A stretch of DNA of 57,993 nt from assembly GCA_016182095.1 (NCBI GenBank), contig JACOXY010000001.1:1-57993 (forward strand), read 5' to 3'. The notes beneath the pieces were generated by a model. The model was not told the DNA's origin, did no database searches, and was given only the letters and a program-made list of their open reading frames with translations. The translations under genes and the position numbers were made by a program. Shown one piece after another: positions 18,237 through 27,295 of this stretch. Numbering within the stretch: the stretch's first letter is position 1; each line of letters begins with the position of its first letter. Origin of the DNA: Candidatus Liptonbacteria bacterium. GTDB lineage: Bacteria > Patescibacteriota > Minisyncoccia > UBA6257 > JACOXY01.

Positions 18237-18550
18237 GTTTTTGCGGTAGGCGCGACTGTGGGCTTTACGCCACCTTCTTCAACGGCCTTTTGAAGTTTGC
18301 CGCCATGGCGCGTAAATTTTCTGGTTGGCGAGAACTCCCCCAACCTGTGTCCAACCATATCCTCGCTTACCCTTACATTAATAAAAACCTTGCCATTATG
18401 GACAGCAAAAACAAATCCTACCATTTCCGGTGATATTTCTGAATCACGAGACCATGTTTTTACCGGCTCGCTCATCCCCGGCTTTAATTTAGAAATTTTC
18501 TTCAAAAGCTTGGGGTTTATGAACGGATTTTTTTTACGTGAACGGCTCAT
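18233..18550 (-). CDS. rpsS: 30S ribosomal protein S19
   Basis: KTWSRDS, VHNGK, MVGHRLGEFSPTR. Confidence 0.97.
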   Translation of the reverse strand: MSRSRKKNPFINPKLLKKISKLKPGMSEPVKTWSRDSEISPEMVGFVFAVHNGKVFINVRVSEDMVGHRLGEFSPTRKFTRHGGKLQKAVEEGGVKPTVAPTAKT

Positions 18551-18553
18551 TAT

Positions 18554-19375
18554 TTATTTGCGTCTCTTTACAATTAATTTATTGGACCATTTATGCTTTT
18601 TTCTGGTTTTCCTGCCTCCGGTTACTTTGCCCCACAAGGTTTTTGGCTTGCGGGTTCCTCTGGGCTGCCTGCCCTCACCGCCTCCATATGGATGGTCAAC
18701 CGGATTCATGGCAGTGCCGCGCACTGTAGGCCGGATGCCGAGCCATCTGGATCTTCCTGCCTTTCCGATTGTTATAAGATTGTGTTCCGGATTAGACAGC
18801 TGCCCCAGTGAAGCAAAAGACTCCCAGGAAATTTTTCTAACTTCTTTTGATGGCATTTGCAAATGAGTATGGCCATCCTCCTGTGCCAGTATTGTAGCAT
18901 ATGAACCGGCAGATCTGGCTAAGGCGCCGCCCTTCCCTGGTTGGATTTCAACATTATGAACTTGATAACCAACCGGAATATTTTTAAGCCGCATCCTATT
19001 GCCTGGTTTTAATTCCGCTTTTTCCGCGACAATAAAACTATCGCCGACTTTCATGCCTTCGGGAGCTAAAATATATGATCTTGCGCCATTTTTATAGACA
19101 ACTCTGGCAATAAACGTTGTTCGATAAGGATCATATTCAATGGTTTCAACTTTTGCCGGAACATTAAGAAATGGTTCGCGAAAATCAACCGAGCGGTACA
19201 TTTTTTTATTGCCACCGCCCTGATGGCGAGTCGTTATCCTACCATCGTTATTTCTGCCTGCCCGATCTTTTAGCTTCTTTAAAAGCGGCTTAAATGGAGC
19301 TTCTTTTGAAAGTTTGGAATAGTCCACAACAACCGTGCCCCTTATTCCCGGACTTGTTGGTTTGTATGACTTCAT
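18554..19375 (-). CDS. rplB: 50S ribosomal protein L2
   Basis: GRNNDGRITTRHQGGG, RGTAMNPVDHPYGGGEG. Confidence 0.98.
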   Translation of the reverse strand: MKSYKPTSPGIRGTVVVDYSKLSKEAPFKPLLKKLKDRAGRNNDGRITTRHQGGGNKKMYRSVDFREPFLNVPAKVETIEYDPYRTTFIARVVYKNGARSYILAPEGMKVGDSFIVAEKAELKPGNRMRLKNIPVGYQVHNVEIQPGKGGALARSAGSYATILAQEDGHTHLQMPSKEVRKISWESFASLGQLSNPEHNLITIGKAGRSRWLGIRPTVRGTAMNPVDHPYGGGEGRQPRGTRKPKTLWGKVTGGRKTRKKHKWSNKLIVKRRK

Positions 19376-19430
19376 AAAATTAAAAAATAATCCGTATTTT
19401 TGATTTTTGGTTTTTTATTTTTAATATATT

Positions 19431-19715
19431 TTAGTGCGCTATCACATCTATGCTCTGACCCTCCTTAATTGTCGCGATCGCCTTTTTATAGCCCTGCTTC
19501 CGCAAAGCGCTTGGCTTTCCTTTAAAATATCCCAATTTTGGCGGAATATTCAGGATATTAACTTTTAGAACATCAACGCCATAAATTTTTTTCAGAGCTT
19601 TTTTAATTTCGGCGCTCGAGACATCTTTATGGACCACAAAAGCGTACTTGTTATGCCTCCCGAATTCGGTAGTTTTTTCCGTTATGATTGGCCTTTTAAT
19701 GATAAAATTTTCCAT
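19431..19715 (-). CDS. rplW: 50S ribosomal protein L23
   Basis: PIITEKT, EIKKA, YKKAIAT. Confidence 0.95.
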   Translation of the reverse strand: MENFIIKRPIITEKTTEFGRHNKYAFVVHKDVSSAEIKKALKKIYGVDVLKVNILNIPPKLGYFKGKPSALRKQGYKKAIATIKEGQSIDVIAH

Positions 19716-19717
19716 AA

Positions 19718-20350
19718 TTACAATTTATAATGCCCTTCTATCTCATTAATGGCATTTTTATCCATTAAAATAACGCGGTATTTTAAGACATCATAAATAT
19801 TAAGCGAGTCCGGTGATAGGCTTTTAACGCGCGGGCTGTTGCGTGAAGCTCTATAAATATTTTTTTCGTTCTTTGCTGGAACTAAAAGTGCGTCCGCCTT
19901 CTTCTCGATCAGAAAATTATTCAGTGTCTTCATTAGTATTCTGGTCTTCGGCTTTTCTGCACTAAGCCCTTGAACAACCTTTAGTTCATTGTTCCTAACT
20001 TTTAAAGAAAGGGCCGCAAACAGCGCTGACAACTTTGCTTTTTTATTGATTTTTTTACCATAGTTTTTTAGAGCCCTCGGCCCAAACGTAACACCGCCCC
20101 CCTTCCATAATGGCGACCTAATGGATCCGTGTCTGGCCCTGCCAGTGCCTTTTTGCCGCCAAGGTTTTTTGCCTCCGCCGCTTACCTCGGAACGATCTTT
20201 GGTATGGGCAACGGTTTCCCTTGCATTTGCCATTTGAGCCACAAGCGCCTCGTGGACCAGGTCGGCATTCCACTTGCGCCCAAAAATAGCGTCTGGTAGC
20301 TCCACTTCACCAATAGCTTCTGATCTTAGATTGTAGAGGAGGGCCTTCAT
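19718..20350 (-). CDS. rplD: 50S ribosomal protein L4
   Basis: TKDRSEVSGGGKKPWRQKGTGRARHGSIRSP. Confidence 0.98.
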   Translation of the reverse strand: MKALLYNLRSEAIGEVELPDAIFGRKWNADLVHEALVAQMANARETVAHTKDRSEVSGGGKKPWRQKGTGRARHGSIRSPLWKGGGVTFGPRALKNYGKKINKKAKLSALFAALSLKVRNNELKVVQGLSAEKPKTRILMKTLNNFLIEKKADALLVPAKNEKNIYRASRNSPRVKSLSPDSLNIYDVLKYRVILMDKNAINEIEGHYKL

Positions 20351-20384
20351 GGCTGTAAGTTAAAAATTAAATATCAAGGATTTT

Positions 20385-20825
20385 TTATTTTGGGTTTTTT
20401 ATATTTATTTCAACCTTCGATCCTATGTGCCCCGGTAACGCGCCCTTAAGCATAAGGATATTCTCTATGGTCTTTATCTCAATTACCTGAAGATTCTTTA
20501 CCGAAACGCGATTATTGCCCATTCGGCCGCCCATCCGCCTTCCCGGAAGAACCCTTTGTGGCGCGGTACTGCCAATAGATCCCGGAGCTCTTAAGCGATT
20601 TTTTTGACCATGCGTTTTGGGGCCGCCATGAAAGCCATGCCTTTTCACGACACCCTGGAAACCGCGCCCCTTGGAATGCCCTGCAACTTTTATTTTGTCG
20701 CCAATTTTAATGGGCAATTCTTCACCCTCCTGGGCTTTAAATTCATATTTGACGGGGGTAACCGGGATAACCTCATCATCTTTCCAGATTTGGGTCATTT
20801 TCATTTTTATTCCATTTATCTTCAT
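20385..20825 (-). CDS. rplC: 50S ribosomal protein L3, unusually short (146 aa)
   Basis: SKGRGFQGVVKRHGF, RAPGSIG, RMGGRMG; between rpsJ and rplD. Confidence 0.9.
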   Translation of the reverse strand: MKINGIKMKMTQIWKDDEVIPVTPVKYEFKAQEGEELPIKIGDKIKVAGHSKGRGFQGVVKRHGFHGGPKTHGQKNRLRAPGSIGSTAPQRVLPGRRMGGRMGNNRVSVKNLQVIEIKTIENILMLKGALPGHIGSKVEINIKNPK

Positions 20826-20892
20826 AATTTACTAAAATAACCACGGACTAGCCGCGGTTATTTAGGTGACTACTCCAACAATACTTGCAATA

Positions 20893-21219
20893 TTATGTTA
20901 TCTTAATCTCTATGTCAACCCCAGCCGGCAAGTTAAGATTGCTTAGCGATTCTATGATTTTTTGGTTTGGGTTCATTATGTCTATAAGGCGTTTATGGAC
21001 CCGCAGTTCAAACTGCTCTCTTGAGTCCTTGTGGACAAAGGTTGAGCGATTAACTGTATAGCGCTTAAAAACCGTGGGCAATGGTATGGGGCCCACCACC
21101 TTGCCATTATTCCTCTCGGCAGTTTCAATAATCTGGCGGCAGGAATTGTCAATCAGCTTGTGGTCATATGCCGCCACTTTTAGCCGTAATTTGGAAAGTT
21201 TTTCTTCTTTTTTTGCCAT
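20893..21219 (-). CDS. rpsJ: 30S ribosomal protein S10
   Basis: [26 protein letters not shown]. Confidence 0.97.
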   Translation of the reverse strand: MAKKEEKLSKLRLKVAAYDHKLIDNSCRQIIETAERNNGKVVGPIPLPTVFKRYTVNRSTFVHKDSREQFELRVHKRLIDIMNPNQKIIESLSNLNLPAGVDIEIKIT

Positions 21220-21227
21220 TAGCTTAC

Positions 21228-22427
21228 TTACTTGCTTATCTTGGTTACCGCGCCTGCTCCAACAGTCTTCCCGCCTTCACGAATGGCGAATCTCTGTTTT
21301 TCCTCCAGCGCAACCGGAGCGATGAGCTTCACGCTTAACTTAACAGTGTCGCCGGGCATAACCATTTCCATTCCTTCCGGCAGAATAACTTCTCCGGTAA
21401 CATCAGTCGTCCTTATGTAAAACTGCGGTTTATAGCCCTTGAAGAACGGTGTATGCCTGCCGCCCTCCTCTTTGGATAGGATGTAAACCTCGGCATCAAA
21501 TTCAGTGTGCGGGGTAACGCTCCCCGGTTTTGCCACAACCTGGCCGCGCTCCACGTCTTCCTTCTTAAGACCGCGCAGGAGAACACCGACATTGTCTCCG
21601 GCCCTGCCTTCATCCAGAATTTTTTGGAACATTTCAATGCCTGTCACAACTGTTTTTTGCGTCGGACGCAAACCAATTACCTCAACTTCTTCGTTGGTTT
21701 TAACTATGCCCCGCTCCGCGCGCCCCGTAACAACAGTGCCCCTTCCTTCAATCGAAAATACATCTTCAATCGGCATTAGGAACGGCTTGTCTGTCTCCCT
21801 CACTGGCTCGGGAATGTACGTATCAAGCGCATTAACTAACTCCATGATCGGCTTCGCGGACTCATCATCACCCGACTTGGCTTCCAGTGCCTTAAGCGCG
21901 GAACCGCGAATAATGGGGGTTTCATCTCCTTTATATTCATATTTCGTTAAAAGTTCCCTAACTTCGGATTCAACAAGATCAATGAGCTCCTTGTCATCAA
22001 CCATATCAACTTTATTTAGGAAAACTACCAATTGAGGCACGCCAACCTGTCTCGCCAAAAGAATATGTTCTCTGGTTTGCGGCATGGGGCCGTCCGTCGC
22101 CGAAACAACTAAAATCGCGCCATCCATCTGCGCGGCTCCGGTAATCATGTTTTTAATGTAGTCAGCGTGTCCTGGGGCGTCCACGTGCGCGTAGTGACGC
22201 TTTTCCGACTCGTATTCCGAGTGGTGCAAAGCGATAGTAATGCCGCGCGCCTTTTCTTCCGGGGCGTTATCAATTTGGTCAACCGACTCTTCTTTCTTGG
22301 CCAATCCCTTCAAATGTAAAACGTGGGTTATGGCCGCCGTGAGCGTAGTTTTCCCGTGGTCAACGTGGCCGATAGTCCCTACGTTAACGTGAGGCTTAGT
22401 CCTCTCAAATTTTTCTTTTTCCGCCAT
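21228..22427 (-). CDS. tuf: Elongation factor Tu
   Basis: [24 protein letters not shown]. Confidence 0.99.
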   Translation of the reverse strand: MAEKEKFERTKPHVNVGTIGHVDHGKTTLTAAITHVLHLKGLAKKEESVDQIDNAPEEKARGITIALHHSEYESEKRHYAHVDAPGHADYIKNMITGAAQMDGAILVVSATDGPMPQTREHILLARQVGVPQLVVFLNKVDMVDDKELIDLVESEVRELLTKYEYKGDETPIIRGSALKALEAKSGDDESAKPIMELVNALDTYIPEPVRETDKPFLMPIEDVFSIEGRGTVVTGRAERGIVKTNEEVEVIGLRPTQKTVVTGIEMFQKILDEGRAGDNVGVLLRGLKKEDVERGQVVAKPGSVTPHTEFDAEVYILSKEEGGRHTPFFKGYKPQFYIRTTDVTGEVILPEGMEMVMPGDTVKLSVKLIAPVALEEKQRFAIREGGKTVGAGAVTKISK

Positions 22428-22473
22428 ACTTTTTTAACTTAACGACTTACAACTAACAACAAACGTGAACATT

Positions 22474-22501
22474 AGAACCCATCTCAAATGAGATGGGTTC
22501 T
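22474..22501. repeat. Perfect palindrome upstream of tuf
   Basis: AGAACCCATCTC-AAAT-GAGATGGGTTCT. Confidence 0.65.
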
Positions 22502-22760
22502 GGCCAGTTTACGTATTGGAACCGTTGGTTCCTAGCCAGTTGTTAGTAATCAGTTGTTAGTTGTTTAGTTTTTTACGACTTAAATTATTAATAAATTTTG
22601 TAGTAAATAGTATACTACAAAACGCATGTATATTGTATCAAGATGTGTGGATAAATGCAAGAGTCAAGATTAACCGCCATATGTGTGTGCACATTATCTC
22701 AAGCTATTGACAAAATCTGTGGATTTGCTATTGTGGACGCAACCTAAAAGGAGGTTAGCT

Positions 22761-22907
22761 ATGCCGTTCAGGCTAAGAATGAAGTTTATTTTCGGATTCG
22801 CTGCTATGGGATTGCTGGCGGGACTTAGTGACGGTTTTGTAGGAGCTGCGGCGGGAGCTCTAACTATGGGATCAGTGGCGGCAATCGGGACTTGGCTCAT
22901 GTCGTAA
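22761..22907 (+). CDS. 48-aa hydrophobic Gly/Ala-rich peptide
   Basis: TTGACA at 22707, TGcTATTGT -10, SD AAAAGGAGG 6 nt before ATG, terminator GGGAG..CTCCC-T7 downstream. Confidence 0.7.
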   Translation: MPFRLRMKFIFGFAAMGLLAGLSDGFVGAAAGALTMGSVAAIGTWLMS

Positions 22908-23048
22908 AACTTCTGCGTGGTTCTTTGATGGGAGGTCTCTCGATCTCCCGCTTTTTTATTTTCCCTGCCTACGCCCTATGACCCTCCTCCGCTCTTCGAG
23001 CTACGGAAGGGCACAGCACTTTTTATATTTATTCCCGTAACTACGGAA

Positions 23049-23579
23049 TTACATTAAATCTTCTGCGGTCATAAGATACTCACATGGTATTGCTAATTTT
23101 CGCCTGCCTCTTCTTACAACAACACCGCACCCAATCACCTTAGCTTTCGTTGATCTTACTATTTGCGCCATCTGAATAATGCTTTTACCAGTCGTGAGTA
23201 CGTCATCCACTATCCACGTTTTGTCTTTCCTATTCGGCACATAACCGTCAATCCACGCATTTCTGCCGTGCTTCTTCGGCTTATCTCGCACCAGTACCAG
23301 CCGTAATTTGTATTTCAGAGCAATGGTTGACGCCAAAGGCAACCCCCCATAACCGCCCGCGGCGATACAGCTCACCGTTTCTGGCATGCCTTCATAAACG
23401 CGTTTGCATAGCTCGTTAAGAATATCCGGGTAGCCGTAGGTTTTTTTGACATCCACGTAAAACCGGGAGGCGCCGCCGTGCTTCAATTTAACTTTTTCTT
23501 TCTTTATAACACCGATTTCTTTAAACTTCTGGATTAACTTTTTCTTTGCTTCATTGCTCATGTCAACTCTATTACTCAT
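23049..23579 (-). CDS. pyrE: Orotate phosphoribosyltransferase-like (type I PRTase)
   Basis: LKHGGASRFYVDVK, RDKPKKHG, PRPP motif IVDDVLTTGKS. Confidence 0.8.
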   Translation of the reverse strand: MSNRVDMSNEAKKKLIQKFKEIGVIKKEKVKLKHGGASRFYVDVKKTYGYPDILNELCKRVYEGMPETVSCIAAGGYGGLPLASTIALKYKLRLVLVRDKPKKHGRNAWIDGYVPNRKDKTWIVDDVLTTGKSIIQMAQIVRSTKAKVIGCGVVVRRGRRKLAIPCEYLMTAEDLM

Positions 23580-23582
23580 AGT

Positions 23583-23825
23583 TTATCTTCTCACGAGAAG
23601 ATAAGACGCGTTGCTTTTGTTATATTGAAGTGACCACTGCCCTTCACGATCATCTTCAAACCTGGCTTCCCCTTTTAGTTTGGCTTGCTCAAAAAAAACT
23701 TTAGACTCTTCGGTCTGGAGATCATCTCTTAAATACTTTATGCCGTCATAATCCTTCTCGTCATACTCAACAGGATAAATATATACTTTAATATTTTTTA
23801 ACATAATATCACCTATTATCTCCAT
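23583..23825 (-). CDS. Hypothetical acidic protein
   Basis: ORF packed between MazG-like and PRTase genes. Confidence 0.6.
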   Translation of the reverse strand: MEIIGDIMLKNIKVYIYPVEYDEKDYDGIKYLRDDLQTEESKVFFEQAKLKGEARFEDDREGQWSLQYNKSNASYLLVRR

Positions 23826-24138
23826 CGCCCTTTAAAGCTCCGCGTTTTTTTCTTGATTGGAGCTTTTTGATGTTCTCTGACGCTATTTCGCTTAAAGAAA
23901 CGTTTATTTCCGCGGCAACCTGCGACACATACCATAATACATCTCCCAATTCCTTTGAAATATCTTCTTTGTGCGTATCAGAAAGAATGCCGCCATGATC
24001 GCGAAAGATTTTTTTAACCTTGCCCGCGACCTCTCCGGCTTCGTTTACAAGTCCCATCGTGGGATAAACCATTCCGTGGCCAATAGCCGGATATATCGCC
24101 GTCTCCTTAGTTAGTTTTTGGTATTCGTCAAAAGTCAT
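23809..24138 (-). CDS. MazG-like nucleotide pyrophosphohydrolase
   Basis: GLVNEAGEVAGKVKK, KELGDVLWY, NIKKLQSR. Confidence 0.9.
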   Translation of the reverse strand: MTFDEYQKLTKETAIYPAIGHGMVYPTMGLVNEAGEVAGKVKKIFRDHGGILSDTHKEDISKELGDVLWYVSQVAAEINVSLSEIASENIKKLQSRKKRGALKGDGDNR

Positions 24139-24285
24139 CCCTCACTCTTCACGCATTAATCGCTTCGACAAACGCGATTTTTTAATGTTAATGACTAAAT
24201 CATGATGTCAATCTCTTATATAATAACATAAAATAAAAACCCAGGCTTCAAGAGTGAGGGATAAAAAAATAAGGGCGTTATGCCC

Positions 24286-24696
24286 TTATGAGTCATGCTT
24301 TATGAGATAGTAGCACCCACACTCATCTGCGTGTATATAAAGATCGGCCAAAGGGAATTCCCAGCCATCAGGGCATTTATCTATTTCTACGCAGACATTT
24401 TGGATAAATTTTCTAAAAAGTATTTCGGTCGTTTCGGGATTGAGTATGGTGCGATTGGACATATATTTTTGCCATGAAGCAACGAGGTCACGAAGATCGC
24501 CGTCATCAATTCCAGCCTCTTCAGGCATTAGTAAGTCCGGCTTGAGATTAAGGCGCGCTGACTTCCCGCTTTTTTCCGCCTCTTGTGTCCACAACCAGTA
24601 AAGCATCTCCGCCCAATACATCACCATAATATCAATAACTCTGTTTACTTCTTCTTTACTGCTCTCTGATTCCACTTTGAGGGGGGCGGCAACCAA
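24286..24696 (-). CDS. Hypothetical protein
   Basis: ORF only. Confidence 0.55.
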   Translation of the reverse strand: MVAAPLKVESESSKEEVNRVIDIMVMYWAEMLYWLWTQEAEKSGKSARLNLKPDLLMPEEAGIDDGDLRDLVASWQKYMSNRTILNPETTEILFRKFIQNVCVEIDKCPDGWEFPLADLYIHADECGCYYLIKHDS

Positions 24697-24711
24697 TTTA
24701 GGGCAATATAT

Positions 24712-25011
24712 CTATCTTCTAAGATTCAAAATAATCCAAGTAACCACGGGAATAAGTAGATAGGAGAACAACAATGTTACCGCAAAAATATTTATTCCTG
24801 CCCCTACGCCAACCCAAAGCGCCGTAAACGCGCCGCCTACAATCGCGATAATGGTCATAACATTGCAAAGAATGATTATAATAAGCGCGTCTGCAGGCCT
24901 AGAGTCAATATATCTCTTATTGTTGAAAAACAATAAATAATGCACCGGATACAATGCCCAACTAAGAAGAAGGCCGCTCCGGAGCAATATACCCGTGAGT
25001 GCGCTGAACAT
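24712..25011 (-). CDS. Hypothetical membrane protein (start taken at MFSALTG)
   Basis: About three hydrophobic segments. Confidence 0.5.
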   Translation of the reverse strand: MFSALTGILLRSGLLLSWALYPVHYLLFFNNKRYIDSRPADALIIIILCNVMTIIAIVGGAFTALWVGVGAGINIFAVTLLFSYLLIPVVTWIILNLRR

Positions 25012-25124
25012 GTTATGTCTTCCGTTATTTAAATAACTACAAATATAGTAGCAGAGGGAGAAGGTGGGGGCAAGCGCTTGCGCCGAGCAACGAAAAAAGC
25101 CGCCGAAGCGGCAACCAAAAAACT

Positions 25125-25463
25125 CTAATCTTCCTCGCAGACAATCTGCAAAGCAATGAAACACTTTGCACTTAGGGGATCTTTCTCCCTGATAATCCCA
25201 TCTGCGCTCCACTTTCCCGTTCTAAAATAATAAGGTACATTGCAATGCGCGTCCTGTCTATCGGGCGAAAAATGTTTTCCGGCATGGACAAAGACGGTCT
25301 GCTCCGCACTGCCGCGCATAGCAAATTCCGCTATCTCATCTCCTGGTATTATCGGGCCTTTGCAACAAAAACAGGACATGGACACTTTCTTTGTTATTGC
25401 CTTCTTGGCTCTTCGCCGCCACAACTTCCATCTTATATACCGCATCACCTGCAAGATCAACAT
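25125..25463 (-). CDS. Hypothetical Cys/His-containing protein
   Basis: CFCC...H...HC pattern, possibly zinc-binding. Confidence 0.45.
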   Translation of the reverse strand: MLILQVMRYIRWKLWRRRAKKAITKKVSMSCFCCKGPIIPGDEIAEFAMRGSAEQTVFVHAGKHFSPDRQDAHCNVPYYFRTGKWSADGIIREKDPLSAKCFIALQIVCEED

Positions 25464-25505
25464 CCCGAACTCCTATTCTTGAGGCACTCTGTGCAATATA
25501 GACCT

Positions 25506-26822
25506 TTAATTGCTTTTTGTCCATGTTTTGGATAGTAAGAATTTTCTGCCGCGAATTTTTTTATGATACGAGATCGCAAAGCGGTGCGCTTCGTAGCGGA
25601 CTTGAATAAGAGTTTTTTTATTGAATCCAGGCGGGAGTGTGCCTATAATATCATTTCGCTTTCGTTTAGCGCCTTTCGCAATGCCCACCACAGGAATTCC
25701 CAGGCCAAATTCAGAGAGCACCTTTCTCGCCACATTCACCTGTCCCAATCCTCCGTCAACTAAAATTAGATTTGGTACTGGCCAATTATTCTGAAACCTG
25801 CGCGCGAGCACTTCTTTCATCATACCCACATCATTCGCGCCCACGATGGTCTTAATCTTAAACTTCCTGTATTCTTTTTTATCCGGCTTCCAATTCACAA
25901 AAACTACCATAGACCCAACCGCGGAAGTGCCGGAGATATTTGAAATATCGTAGCCCTCTATTCTTGACACCTGACACCCGACACCTGGCGCCTGATTATC
26001 AACTTCGCTGATAAGTGCCACATCATTGATGTGTTGGAGCGCAAAAATTTGACGCTTTATTTTTTCAGCTCTTTCATATTCAAGAGCTTCGGCAAATGAT
26101 TGCATTTCCTTTTCTAATTTTTTTATTATTTTTTGTTTTTTACCTTCAAAAAATAGCTTGATGTTATTGATTGTTTTTTTATATAGAGCGGAGCTTACTT
26201 GGCCTACGCACACCCCCGGACAAAGTCCAATCTGCCAGTTAAAACATCCTCTTTGCCCGAACTCCACAGGAGTTTTAGGGCGCGCTTCAAATGTTCTGAC
26301 ACCAATCGTCACCTTCGACGCCGACTGGCTGGGATGAGTATTGAAAGGAAAAATTTTTCTCACGATCCGAAGCGCTTCGCGGATGCTTGATGCGGAAGTA
26401 AATGGGCCAAAACGCAGCCCATGAGACCCATCTTTACCTCGCACCAAAAGCACGCGCGGGAACTTTTCGCGCGTTATCTCAACAAATAAAAAACTCTTGT
26501 CATCCTTTTCTCTTATATTGTACGGCGGTAAATATTTTTTAATCAGCCGCGACTCCAAAATCAGGGCTTCAATAGCGGTTTCGGTCTGGCGATAGTCAAT
26601 TTTTCTTATTTCCGTAACAAGTTTTTGAATACGATTCTCTTGTGGGCGCCCGCCTTGCCCAGCTATCGGCGAGGCAGGCAAAAAATAACTTGAAACTCGG
26701 CGCTGTAAATTCCCCGCTTTGCCGATATAAAGCACTACCCTGCCCTTCCCGCGCATCAAATAAACGCCCGGAGAATCAGGGAGGCGGGATATCGCCTTTC
26801 TATAATTAAAAGGTTGTGTCAC
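25506..26822 (-). CDS. uvrC: Excinuclease ABC subunit C (short form, no HhH tail) with repeat-derived insertions
   Basis: PGVYLM..YIGKA, EALILES, RIEGYDISN, LILVDGG. Confidence 0.93.
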   Translation of the reverse strand: MTQPFNYRKAISRLPDSPGVYLMRGKGRVVLYIGKAGNLQRRVSSYFLPASPIAGQGGRPQENRIQKLVTEIRKIDYRQTETAIEALILESRLIKKYLPPYNIREKDDKSFLFVEITREKFPRVLLVRGKDGSHGLRFGPFTSASSIREALRIVRKIFPFNTHPSQSASKVTIGVRTFEARPKTPVEFGQRGCFNWQIGLCPGVCVGQVSSALYKKTINNIKLFFEGKKQKIIKKLEKEMQSFAEALEYERAEKIKRQIFALQHINDVALISEVDNQAPGVGCQVSRIEGYDISNISGTSAVGSMVVFVNWKPDKKEYRKFKIKTIVGANDVGMMKEVLARRFQNNWPVPNLILVDGGLGQVNVARKVLSEFGLGIPVVGIAKGAKRKRNDIIGTLPPGFNKKTLIQVRYEAHRFAISYHKKIRGRKFLLSKTWTKSN

Positions 26823-27023
26823 TTAACTTAGGAGTGTGAGATACGAACAAAATCAATTTTTGGCTTCTAAATTTGATTTATGTTCATATCTCACACTCCT
26901 AAAGCATACACCAACTGTCCAGGTTCAGATACATAGAGACCAGCCAAAAACAGCTCTGCTTTTGTACACAAACACGCGTCGCATTTCCCAGCGAGAAATG
27001 CGCGCTTGCCCTCGGACTCGCTC

Positions 27024-27170
27024 GTGAGAGAGGGAAACCTTTTTAGGGAACGTCACGCAGGCCCGATTGGCTTGGTTCTGCCATAGGCAGACAATCGGGC
27101 CGAGGGGGAAGAAAATTTTGCCGCAGGAGCAAAATTATTCTGTTTCCTTAAAAAGGTTTCCCTCCCTCAC
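27024..27170. other. Multi-stem structured intergenic element (ncRNA or MITE candidate)
   Basis: 26-bp outer stem (27024-27049 with 27145-27170) enclosing hairpins at 27060-27101 and 27114-27136. Confidence 0.6.
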
Positions 27171-27295
27171 ACCTGTGCCCGCTCGTCCTCCGCACAGTTT
27201 GCTTAACAAAAGCAGAGCTGTTTTGTGTTATGGCGGTCTATATCATATGAACCAGTACGCCAACTTGCGATTAGATTAAATGGGGCGTAATATCA

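Noticed and set aside
21505-22035. Long antisense ORFs over tuf, uvr, secY and the surface genes
   Set aside because: Shadow frames of conserved genes with no independent motifs or expression signals.
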